DNA from: Raillietiella orientalis
Lineage: Eukaryota
Length of the DNA stretch: 64,000 bases
Assembly: GCA_036172245.1 (NCBI GenBank)
Contig: JAYWIR010000003.1
Location: forward strand, 1,364,001 to 1,428,000
Reading direction: 5' to 3'
Positions 13,146 to 23,780 of this stretch are shown here, piece by piece. Position 1 is the stretch's first letter, and the number at the start of each line of letters is the position of its first letter. The notes under the pieces were generated by a model. It ran no database searches, had not been told where the DNA came from, and saw only the letters and a list, made by a program, of their open reading frames with translations. Position numbers and translations under genes: made by a program.

Positions 13146-14130
13146 ATTTTCGCAACGCTTTCTGGCAGCAATGGCTTCGAGAAGTAGTGTTCCGGAGGTG
13201 TCGTCTCGTAAAGGGAGCAAGAACACGAGTGCCTGATGGAACCCCTATTCGTTGGTAGGGCCGACATTTCCGTCTTGGATCGTCCAGCAAAGCTGACCCA
13301 CCCAGACTGCCGGGCTTGCCGCTTGTCCTCAGCTTTGAACTCGGCGAGACGACGTACGTCCCACCCTCCCTGAAGGCAACGAGCCCGCAAGAAAGCGTGC
13401 CCGTTATCCGCTCGCCCGCCGAAGCCGTCGGGGAACCCGGGTGATAACGCCGAAGCCGTCGGGGATGAGGCCCACAGGGAATCTTCCGCGGAAACTCTCG
13501 AACCGAGTGTTTCGTTTCGTCCCAGCCCTCCAACTGCTGCACAGTGAAACTTCGCAGGAGATCGCCCTGCTGCTCTCGGGAGGATCATCTAGTCTCCCGG
13601 AAGACGCGACGCATTCGAAAGGGATCCCTGTGGTGTGGTGGCACGTCGGTGCCATAGCAGCAACGTCGATAAAAGGGCCAAAAGGCACTGAATCTGTTAG
13701 CCCAGCCGATGAAGCGGCAGATAAACTAAGAGAAGGATTGCAGAAACCTGATAAAGGAGCGGAAAAAACAGCACCAGGAGCCATTGAACTTCTTCAATGT
13801 TCCTGAAGATCCATTCTCGGGGAACGTCTTGCAGGAAGTGAAGGAAGAAAAGCCAATAATACAAATAGATAAAGGATGAGATTGGTGCTGAAGAAGACCG
13901 CCAAAATCTGGAATCTCTAGAGAAAGAAAAAAAAAATTCGGAAAAAGTGGTCAAGATATATCGTGGAGAGACACGAAAGAGACGTGAAGTACGGCAAGGA
14001 AAAAGAAAATAGTGGCAGACCTCTGTCCCCGGTCAGCACTGAAAGAAGCAAGGAGAGGTTAATAAATTGTGATGACACTCAGCCACAAAAAGCTCCCATA
14101 GGAGCCATGCCCGTAAAAAGCTAGAAAGTA
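13146..14130 (+). pseudogene. Possible decayed LINE ORF1 (RRM-like part, broken Cys/His knuckles, charged tail)
   Basis: Frameshifted EPLFVGRADISVLDRP..RLPGLPLVLSFE, Cys/His-rich 13530-13640 and an A-rich K/E-coding stretch. Same order as ORF1 at 60.9-62.5 kb. Weak. Confidence 0.25.
13417..13465 (+). mobile_element. 13-bp LINE 3'-terminus micro-insertion with 18-bp target-site duplication
   Basis: Perfect direct repeat CGCCGAAGCCGTCGGGGA (13417-13434 and 13448-13465) flanks ACCCGGGTGATAA (13435-13447). This matches family-A termini such as GACCGGGTGATAAA at 43448-43461 (minus). Confidence 0.75.
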
Positions 14131-14149
14131 CTGAATCTGCTAACCCCAG

Positions 14150-14660
14150 CTGTGTGTAGTCTCACTGCTCGGCCGTACAACGTCGGTCCTGTCTTCCTCT
14201 CGCTTGCCCACCCCGGTCATCGGACTGGTCGGACCCGACGAGCCGTGCGAGTGCATAGTTTTGCTCAACTCGCTGGCCAGGTGCAGCTACCCCTTTGCCG
14301 CTACTCAGAGCAGGGAACGAAGGAGAGCGACCTCCTCTCGAGGGTAAACGAGATGGTCCTGCACCTCCTAATGGAATTAAGGGAGAAGTCTGCCAGCACA
14401 GGGTGCAGGAGAGTTCAAGGAAAGACTGGCGTTCCCTCCCCACCCCTGCACCGCTGTCACGCACACAGCTGGACATTTTTTTTTTTATCACTATACTTGG
14501 CATCCCTCAATCTCCTTTCGCGAGGACCCCACTGGCCATCTACTCCAGAAACTTCGAAATTTGGTAGGAACCATCGTCGTACTTTGCATTTTTTCTGTTT
14601 TCATTTTCAGCGTGTTCACTGTTAGAATTTATAATAAATGCCCGAAGTTGTGACCCTCTC
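14150..14660 (+). mobile_element. Degenerate LINE 3' fragment
   Basis: Weak family-A C-terminal similarity, T-tracts, AATAAATGCCCGAAG at ~14633. Confidence 0.4.
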
Positions 14661-14679
14661 GTCGCGGGCTGCCGGCTCG

Positions 14680-15530
14680 TCTCACTTAACGTGAACGAAT
14701 ATGCTCAAACACAGACGGCTACCGATCAATCTGTGCAATCCCGCACCCAAAGATGCCATCCTCCCTGGGGGCAGGAATGGGATGAGAATGGAGGGACGAA
14801 GAAGAAATGATTACGCGAACAAAGAACGGGACGCACGGGTCACATGGTACTCAAGAGGATACCCGGGGGTCCTACGTCGCATAGGGAAGGGAGGGGAGGG
14901 GAATGCGTTCAGCAGTGTCGGGTCAGTCTTCCCCCCGCATCGCCCAAATGGTCCCTTGTAGCCTACATCCCAGATAGGGGTCGTTCCATTGCCCTCCGCA
15001 TGTGGACGATGGCAGTGGCATGACGACTACGCGCTCCTCCACGTTGGCGGACAGTGTTCCGTTGCTCGCACCTGGCAGCGGATTGGCGGCGAGAAGGCAG
15101 CTGGCAACCCTGCAAGAGTATTTCGAGCCGGAATCTTCGAAGGGGTGGCGCGGGTTGAGGCTGGGGGCGCCGGAGCAGCTCATCGACGGACTTCCGTCCT
15201 GGACGCATCGTCCCACCTCTAGGAAGGACGTGCGGCAGGGTTGCCAGCCTGGCGGGGTGGGTGTGACGGCCGTTGGTCACTCTCCTCACCGCTGAAGCAT
15301 GCCGTGGCGTTCCTCGTTTCGCGGGAGGCCGCAACTTTCCAGCAACGTGGCGGTCTGCCGGCGGCGAAGTAGGAGGACAGAGGCGTCCGCCAGGAAGGTC
15401 AGCATCTCGAGGAGCTTTCTCAGGGAATTTCGTATTAATGAATCCAACCTCTACGAGCCAGATCCTGAGGGAGTTTATCGGGAGGAGCTTCGTCAGCCGG
15501 CCTGGATATGACTGGGTGTACAACTTCCTC
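14680..15530 (-). mobile_element. Degenerate LINE 3' fragment (resembles the 57-kb family)
   Basis: PPGWQP and HATAIVHMRR on minus resemble FITAIHVRWW at ~57150. Confidence 0.35.
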
Positions 15531-16542
15531 CCTATCAGTACTTCTCAAACTACTATCTCTCTCAAACTTTCTGCTTTCAGCCCAAGTCTGAGTTTTCCAG
15601 AAGCGACAGCCTTAATGTAAGAGATACACTTCGGCGTTCGTAGGTCACTCTCGCTGACATCATCAGCATCTCTTCATGAGGACGCCTGCATCTTCACGGT
15701 GCAGTCGCTCAAGTTTTTGGGATCCTCTGGTCCCATAGTGTAAGCGCACGTTAGTGGTAGCCACCGCGCATACCACATTAACGAGTTCCTGAGCGACGTC
15801 GACCTCATGAAATTCCCTGCAGTTCAGGAAGATGAAGGTCGCGCTCAATAATTTCCGAACTCCCGACATGCGCGCGTGACCACCCCAGCTCCTGTAGACT
15901 GCCGTAGCGTGGGGTTCTCCAGCTCATGTGTTGACCTTGTCAGGACTGCGTGTGCCAAGTCCGCATGGGAGGAGCATCCTGTTCCTCCTCTGAGTGTTTT
16001 CCCTGCATTCTATCTTCTCCGGGAGAATCCGTTGTCTGCATTTTCGAGTTCACAGATTCGACCAGCTTCTGTATGTGTGTGTGTGTGTTTTTTTTTCTGG
16101 TAAAACTTGTTCAGCAGAAAAGCCTTCTCCATCCAGAAGTTGGATCTAGAAAATTCTAGGCGCGAAACTTTAATGCAGCGTAGATTCCATCAAATTTCTG
16201 CTTTCATCCCATCTTGCAGCAGCCATAGAAAATCGCTCTCCCGAGATAAGCGTAAAGCCGCTATTTGAGAATGGTAAGCAACAGTGCCAGGATTTGATCT
16301 GGAGATAGAATCTGGGAAGGATCCCAAGGAAGGACTTTTGGATTCGGAAGGATTCCGAATACAAAAGTCCATGCACCACATCTCTGAGAGGTGTTCTCAT
16401 GAGGACAAACTGGCTATAAAAGTTACTGGCCACTGTGATCCATAATCGAAGCAACGAATGTTTGAGGCTTTAAGAGTAACGGTTGCGTTGCTAACTTGCT
16501 GAGAACGAATTTCTTACTTTGCTGTTACACACACACGCGAAA

Positions 16543-17083
16543 TGTAGAAGGTGCGGAGCCGTGGAAACGCTCACGCACCTGCTCTTCGACTGCGGTGCCC
16601 TCCAAGAACTTTGGAGGAAGCTGTCTTCAGAGCTCCTGCACCTGGGGGACACCTCAACGGATTGAGCCGCTTCTTCACGCGACGTGGTCTTTCGTTAGAT
16701 GCGGTCGTCGCAACGATCTGTTGCATCCGCGGCATCGTTACGGTCCGCCGCTAGTTGGAGTCGCGGGCGGTTCCTAAAGAGGTCACCGAAATCGCCGACG
16801 TCAACATGAGGACGGCTGCCAGATGGCCTCATCTAGCGGAAGAAGCGAGGAAGAAGATCTCCGACATCCAACGTCGGTTCTGAAAGGATGGAACAGCCGA
16901 ACCCAAAGACCGCTGTCCCCAAAACTCCCCCTCCCATATCTTTTTGTTGTATTTTTTATGTATGTATTTGTGGTTTCCTCCCTCCCGTTCCGGACTCCTC
17001 CCTCCCTTCGAGCTTTTTTTTCCCTTTGTCTGGGAACTTTGTTCTCTTTTTGGAATAAGTGCCCCAGCTCACCCGGGTAGAAA
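16543..17083 (+). mobile_element. 5'-truncated family-A LINE inserted in a (CA/CG) microsatellite
   Basis: CRRCGAVETLTHLLFDCGALQELWRKL (zf-RVT), VVATICCIRGIV, RTAARWPHL..ISDIQRRF*. Terminus AATAAG-tgc-CCCAG-ctcac-CCGGG-TAGAAA. CACGCG lies on both sides. Confidence 0.85.
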
Positions 17084-19721
17084 GCACGCGCGCACACACA
17101 TTGGGATGAAACGAAATGCTGCCCATTCCATTACATATGATGCTGAAAGGCATTAAATGTAACCGAGCGAATACCAAACCGGTATTCGAAAATACTTTTG
17201 ATTGTGTATGCAAAGAGTCAGAGTTGACCCAGGATTGGACTGGATTGAGTTCTTTCCGCATAGGTCCTCCAGTCTCCAAGTGGTTCGCTTCCGAATGAAT
17301 TCCCCATCATGTTGACGTCCTTGATTCTTGCATTTATGAGTTCTGACAGAAATTTAACCATGTCTACTTAGCGTTGGCCTCCCTGTCACTTTCAGGTCGT
17401 TGCGTCTCCCGCTCCAAGTTTATGGACTGTCCGAAAGCTTGCTAGAATGCAATGGAACCAAAGGATTGTTTACGAAACTTTCTGGAGAATGGCTCTCTGA
17501 AGGGAAATCGCAGGTGCCATGTGATCAAGAGGACTCATGATGATCCACATGGTTCATTCGATGCTATATATTATGCAGGTACAGCACGCGCGCACGCCCG
17601 CGCATCACCATGCATTCTTCACGAGATGCTCTCACGAGGTTCACCTTTGCATTCACAGGGAACCGATTTCATCACAAGGCGAGCAACCATCACAGTCGTC
17701 TTCGTGCTCTTTCCGGATACCTGCGCCTTGTCGAGCGGGAGTGTGCCGTCCGCAAATTTCAACAGGTGGGCCGAGTATGTCAGCGACATTTCTGGAGCTG
17801 ACTTCGAACACCGGGAATTTCGTCCGGGGGCCAGCCGGGCGTGCGTCCATCTCTTGAGAAGAGCGCATCCAACAGCGCATTCAACACTTCATGAGATCTT
17901 AGAGTACCACAGGTGAAGGGAATTCCACCGATGGAATTTATTTTTACCCTTTTACGCAGATGACGACGAAACCAGTCTGCGGCCTTGCTGATGACTGGTT
18001 CCCGTTTATGCACCGGAAATCTGCTTATGGGCCAATTCCTGAGAGTGCAGGCACTGAAGCTTTCAATAAAGCTGCTGCTCCATAGCAATCCAGATCTACA
18101 GAGGTCCATCTGATACTCGAGGAACAACACCGATTATCTGTCCACCTTCTCCATTACCACACCGGATTATCGCAGCTGTTCGAGGGGCATTGCTTGTGGC
18201 AGCACCTGCACTCTGGTTCCTGCAGTGCATCTTCCCTTAAACGAGATGCAATGAGAATCGTTTCTGTGGTGCCCATCTCTCTTAAAGAACGGCTTAGTAC
18301 GTGGTAAATGCCATAGAGTTAAGCAGCGCAGAGCAGATCTCTGCTACCAGATCTTCATTCTGGTTGCGTCCACCATCGTGACCGCCCCATTTTCATTTCA
18401 GTGCTCGTAGATCACGAAAGTGTACGTGTTCGCGAGCATTCGTAACGATGATTTGGTATGCATGAAGTTGGAAAAGTGTACCATGGTGTGTCCACGCGAA
18501 TGTCTTGCATCCATCTGCATCTTACATGTACATCTATAATTCCGAAAAGTCATCCTTCCTCTTTTGAAACGGTTGATTGTTCGACATTGCAGATGAGCAA
18601 GGAGGTTCCAGGCCTCACGCGAAGGAAACTGAGATGCGCTGACCTGTATAAGCGGGTCAGCAACGCAACCTCGAAGCAAGTGCTTGCCTCGTATCTTTCT
18701 TACGCTCCAGGAGACGGAGTGGGCAAAGAAGACCTTGCGAAACAAGCGAACCAGCGTGCTCCACTTTGCAGTCCTCTCCGCGTTCGTCTTCAGCAACCCT
18801 TCGGCAGCAACCTTCATCCGCATGCCCGCTACGGTGCCCACAGAGGTCTTAACCTTAAGGCTTTATGTACTGATCGATGGACTTTTCCCGCTCCACGAAC
18901 GTAATCACGGAGTCTCGTCGATATATCCTTGGAAATGCTTCAACATCCCCGATCATTATCATAAAAAGGCCCTTCGAATGTTCCCCAATTTTCATTGCGG
19001 TTTCCTAATAAAGTCAGATGAATTCAGAAAATTTGCTTTTCATTTCCTGGACGCGGAGAGCTCGGGAGCCTTGCAGTTCTTGCTCTTCGCCTGGAGCCGC
19101 CGTCGACCCGCGTCTCGGTGGCAGCGAGGAAATGGCTCGGAGAGTTCCCTAAGATCCGGATGTGGAGGACACCTGCATGCCTCCGAGCATGTCGCGCCGC
19201 TCAATCCCAGTGCCCCCCGCAGAGACGACGGAATCGGTCCCTGGAGGAGGAAGCTGAGATCCCGTTCTCATGAGTGCTGTTCCCAGCTGCTCCGCAAAGA
19301 AAATGGAAAAGAACTCGGAATTTATGGTGCTTTACCGTTGCGAATCCATCCCAGAGGATGTTCCGAGGACCATACTTAATTTGAGGAGCCTTCTGGAGAC
19401 TTCCGGGAGCTCCGGATTCCAGCTTAATCATTTTGTCAATTTGGGTTCCGCGTAGAGACGCATGCCGTCGAGATCACCAGTGTCAGCGAGCCGGGCGGAG
19501 CGCTCAGCAGTCGCCAGCTGCGCCAGGCTCAATTGTGGAAGCCATCATGTTCTGTCTGGGATGTGCCCGGATCTGTCGAAGGAAATCAGGAGGGAAGGTA
19601 CGCATCAGGAAGCCTTTCGTCCCGAGGGCGAAACTTGAACTTCAAATTAACAAACAAGAGAGGCGGGGGGAAGGGGCGGAAGAAACGGTGGAAGACGGAG
19701 CAACTGTACCACCCATCATCG

Positions 19722-20430
19722 GTACCCAGCGTTCTGGCAACCCTTTCCCCCCTCAAGTGGCAGGAGTCGGTGATTCTTCTGTTGCAGTGGGGCCTCCCGT
19801 GCAACGCCCGCCGACACCATTGGACTCAGGGGAGTGTCAACCCGAACTGCAAGTGCAGCGAGAGGGAGTCCCTCCCGCACCTGTTCATGGATTGCATTGT
19901 CCTCCTACCCCTGTGGAGACGCTTTGCCGCGTCCCTGCGGCTCCCCGAGGACAACCCGAGAAACCTCCTGAAGCGCCTCTTCCAGCGCGACGCGCTTCCG
20001 CCGGCCGCACCCCTAGCAGCACTTTTCTGCCCATGCGGCGGGACCGTGGCTGCATGGAGCAACTCCAGAGGAGGCCAGGACGACAGGGAGGCCATCCACT
20101 TTGCCGTCCTCTCCATGAGGATGGCTTCAAGATGGCTTCATCTGGAAACCTTTAAACAGGAAGTTGCCGGCATCCTTACGCCGTCCAGAATCTGGTGATC
20201 CCTTCCCGAACCCTCCCAGTTTTTTTTGTGTATCTATTTTTTTGTTTTTGTTTTTTTGTCTGCCTTCCCCCCGTCAAATGCCGAGGCGAACCTCACCGGC
20301 CTGCGCGCCGGTTCTCACCAGATTCCTTTAAGTATACTCATGACGTGGCAGGACCAAGCGTCCTGCTACTGACCGTCCTACTATGTTTTTTTTATATATA
20401 AATAAATGTTCCGGTGCAACCGAGTGTCAA
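19722..20430 (+). mobile_element. 5'-truncated family-A LINE (zf-RVT, structured 3'UTR)
   Basis: PLKWQESVILLLQWGLPCNARRHHW..NCKCSERESLPHLFMDC..MASRWLHL. 3'UTR hairpins; terminus AATAAA-tgt-TCCGG-tgcaa-CCGAG-TGTCAA. Degraded TSD ACCCATCATCG (19711-19721) / ACTCATCATCG (20430-20440). Confidence 0.9.
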
Positions 20431-20899
20431 CTCATCATCGAGTCCAAAATTGGAGCGACCGACATCGACCAGGAGGAAATTTCGAAGCTTCCGTGATGGG
20501 TTCGAAGAAAACGATCCTCAAAGCTGCGGATCTAGAGGTCACTGGAAACGCCGAAGGAATCCTGCACTCCTTCCCGATCCCATTGACATCGGAATCAGCT
20601 GAGAGCCTTTGAAGGGGCACGGATGCGCAACACACGAACGCAACGAAGGGGGTTATGAAGAACAGATGCGGACCGAGGGCGGAATATCCAGGGAGGGGGA
20701 GCACACGTGGACGAGGATTGCCCATTCTGTGCAGCAGCAGCACTTGTGCAGGCACTGGTTCGAGGGGGAGTCGCGATTTTCATGTTTCGAATCCGCAAGT
20801 CATCTCCAGAGGCTCGTGCCCCCAGGCCAAGAACGCGGCTTCCGCTCGCGACCTCTGGCGTCCGCGCAGGAGGATGGGAAACGCCTGCGTGGGCGCGTG

Positions 20900-22000
20900 C
20901 TCACGCGGCGCAAGAGCGAATCACCGGTCGCAGTCGCAACGCAACCGCGTTCTTGCGGCTGCTTCCAAAGAGGAACCGCAAAGCGTCCCTGGGGGTACCA
21001 ACTGGGATCCGGAGGATCGCTCCGAAATTTTTCCATAGGAGCAGGAGGGCAGCGCAGTCCGCTGTCCAGGTGCTGTCCAGAAGCTGGAGGAGTCCAAAGG
21101 GGTCACCAGTTCGCTTCCTCCATGCAGACATGCTTCCTCCTGGTACGTGCAAGCAGCGGTGATCTTCGAGGCGGAATAAGAAGGGTGTGGCCGTCATCTG
21201 AGGATGCAGCTCGCAACCGCCTTCTCCCTCCCCCTCCTCTTCGCAGGGTGTGGCGAAAAGGCCCAGATCGGAACGTTCAAGAAAGGGTCAATCGTGGACA
21301 AGGAAGGTTCCAGACTTCCCACGACTCAGGCCCTCGGAAATCGTGCCGAACGATCGATTCCATCCTAGGCCCGTTTATTTATTTGCTGGCCTTCCCTTCA
21401 CCCACCTTTTTCACCCTTCGTTTCCTCTCTAGGCAACAGGGTTGCAGGTAAAGAAATAAAAATGAAAAAAACATTACTTATCCTGTAAGGGGGTGGGGTG
21501 GGGATGGGAGGAAGGATCACCGCCATCCCCCCAGGTTCCTTCTCTGCATCCTCCACAAGGTGCTGGCAAGTTCCTTTTAGCCCTTTGGGTGGAGCCATCT
21601 CTCTGACTCTCCCCCCCCCTTGCCCCCCCAAGAAGGAGGCCATCGTGCTACTTGGTCCCAAGGGGTGTTCGGACCCTTTTCGTTGCACCCTATTTATGGG
21701 CTTTCAGTCAGCGGTCTGGCACGCCCGGGACGAGGTGGTTGCCATGCGCTCTCCGTGGCAGAAGGTCAGCTGCAGTAGGGAGAGAACGAAGGCTTTCAAA
21801 GAGACTCGTGAGATTGAATCCAGATCTGGGAAATGGGGAAGATCCCACATACTCTTGCAGGAATGAGAGAGAGAGAGAAAAAGGACACCAGTCAAGGAAG
21901 TGCCGGGACTCCAAGCACGCCGCCAAAACCACTCCTGCAGGCTACTTGGAGGGTCGATTCCGCCCTTGTTGATAAAGAGGCAGTTTACCCAGCTGGGATG
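20900..22000. mobile_element. Two tail-to-tail LINE 3' relics (plus ~20900-21440; minus ~21445-22000)
   Basis: Minus-strand ELASTLWRMQRRNLGG*SF matches the family-A end. Both copies have pyrimidine tracts meeting at ~21445 and lack terminal hairpins. Confidence 0.5.
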
Positions 22001-23669
22001 ACGGGTTCCTGACTTCGCGGAGGTCCGGTCGCTGACGTCAGAGCAGCTCCCCCTGTCCCGCTGGCTTTTCGATGCTCCCAGTCGCCTTCCCGGCTGAGGC
22101 GGAAACTCCGCCCTGGCTTCATCATCTCGGCCTCCCGATACGCACCCGGCCTTCGTGGCCACCTGGGAGACCTTCTGGCGTCGACTCCTCCCCTTTCCAT
22201 CCTCCTCCTCGGGCGGTTCTGACTCAGATGCATCAGCAGGGAGGGAACTTCCCCAAGCGTCCGGCAGCCGGAGGCCACGAGACAAGGCGGAACGAGAGCG
22301 ATGCTGCCGGATGATGCTGCTGCGATCGAGATGAAATCGAGGAAGGAAGGGAGATCATGGAAGTTCGGAACCAGCGGCTGCAAGACGCTCTTGGACGTAA
22401 CGGGCAAAGGCACTGAACAGCGCCTCCACTCCCGCGTGCAGGGGGGACCATCCGTCCGAGGCTCCGAGGGAGGGAGGAGCTCGCGAATTTCGGTCCCTGG
22501 GCGATCGCGTAGGAAGCCGGCGAGGAAAGGGATCGGCTTCCTGCCGAGACTCTCGGAATCGCAGCTCGGCGGAAGGCGGCTGCCATTCCCGCGGTTCGCC
22601 GGGAAGGCTTCTCGCCGACGGGACTCCGAAAGGGGATGGAAGTCTTTCCTCAAGGAGAGACCCTGAAGGGAGCAGTCGCCACGCGGAGGTGGGTTCCTTC
22701 CGGGAGCGCAAGTGAGCTCTGGACGAGAGGGCGAACGCAGTGGGAAGCAGGGAGAGCACCCGGGATTCGCTGCCGGAACATCGGCCCTAAAGGGGCATCA
22801 AGGCACCTCAGCAACGGGTATCCAGGTTTCTCAGCGAGTCCAATGAGGGGGACGACCGAGGAAGATGAGGAACGAGGACAGAGGAGGAGGGCGAGGATGA
22901 AAATTGTCTGGGGACGATGAGCCAGGCTGTCTGAGAAGCGGGAATCCCCCGAGAGGAACTTTCACCACTTGCAGCTAATTGGGGCTGACAGGGAATGCAG
23001 CCGACGTCCGTCTCTCACGGCGAGAATCCAGAGAGCCCCCCTGCGAAAGAAAAGGGGCGCCGGAACTGCGGAGGCGTGCCTGCGGCCGTCGCCCGAAGGT
23101 TTTTCTGACCGTTCTCCAAGTTTCGTAGACTCTTTCCTGGAGAAGGCTTCTTTGCACATAGCCGGCAGCGACGTTGGCAGGTTGGGCTTCCAGGATGGCT
23201 CTACTGCCCGCAAAGATGCCGCTCCAGCACCCACAGCTCCCGCAGAGGAACACGACGCAACGGCCTCAATCCCCTTCCAACCGGCAGAGTAAGGTTCCTC
23301 TGCTCCCATCAAAGTACTAGCGAGCCCACAAGATCCAATAGCTGTCCAAGATGGGGATCCCAGAGATGAAGGCACTCTTTTCGGCGTTGGCGTCAGCCAC
23401 CATTCCTTCCCTCCCGCGAGTCGGCCCGTCGCCTGGGGGACGGAAAAAAAGGCAGGACAGAATCCACCTCTCATCTCCTTTGTTCCTACACCAGCTGTTT
23501 TCGTTTCCATCTTCACCGGCGTCCCTCGTCTCGGGGGGGGGGGCATCGCAAAAAGGCACGCCCGCGACCGAAAAGGCGCAACGCGCAAGCGCAAATCCCC
23601 CTAAAGATTTGACAGTCGCAGGGAAAACGCCACCATGGATTTATCCCAGTTCATCGATGCTGCTCGGAT

Positions 23670-23780
23670 GCAATCTATTGATTGGAATTTTTGCGTTTCA
23701 TCCTTGCAGTGCTTCCGGTCCTTTCAATTCTTGCAATCCTCTCGATTTTTGGAATCTTTAGAATCCTTTCAATGTTCACG
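23670..23780. repeat. Degenerate 9-bp minisatellite (consensus ~TKCAATCCT)
   Basis: Units tgcagtgct tccggtcct ttcaattct tgcaatcct ctcgatttt tggaatctt tagaatcct ttcaatgtt. Confidence 0.6.
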
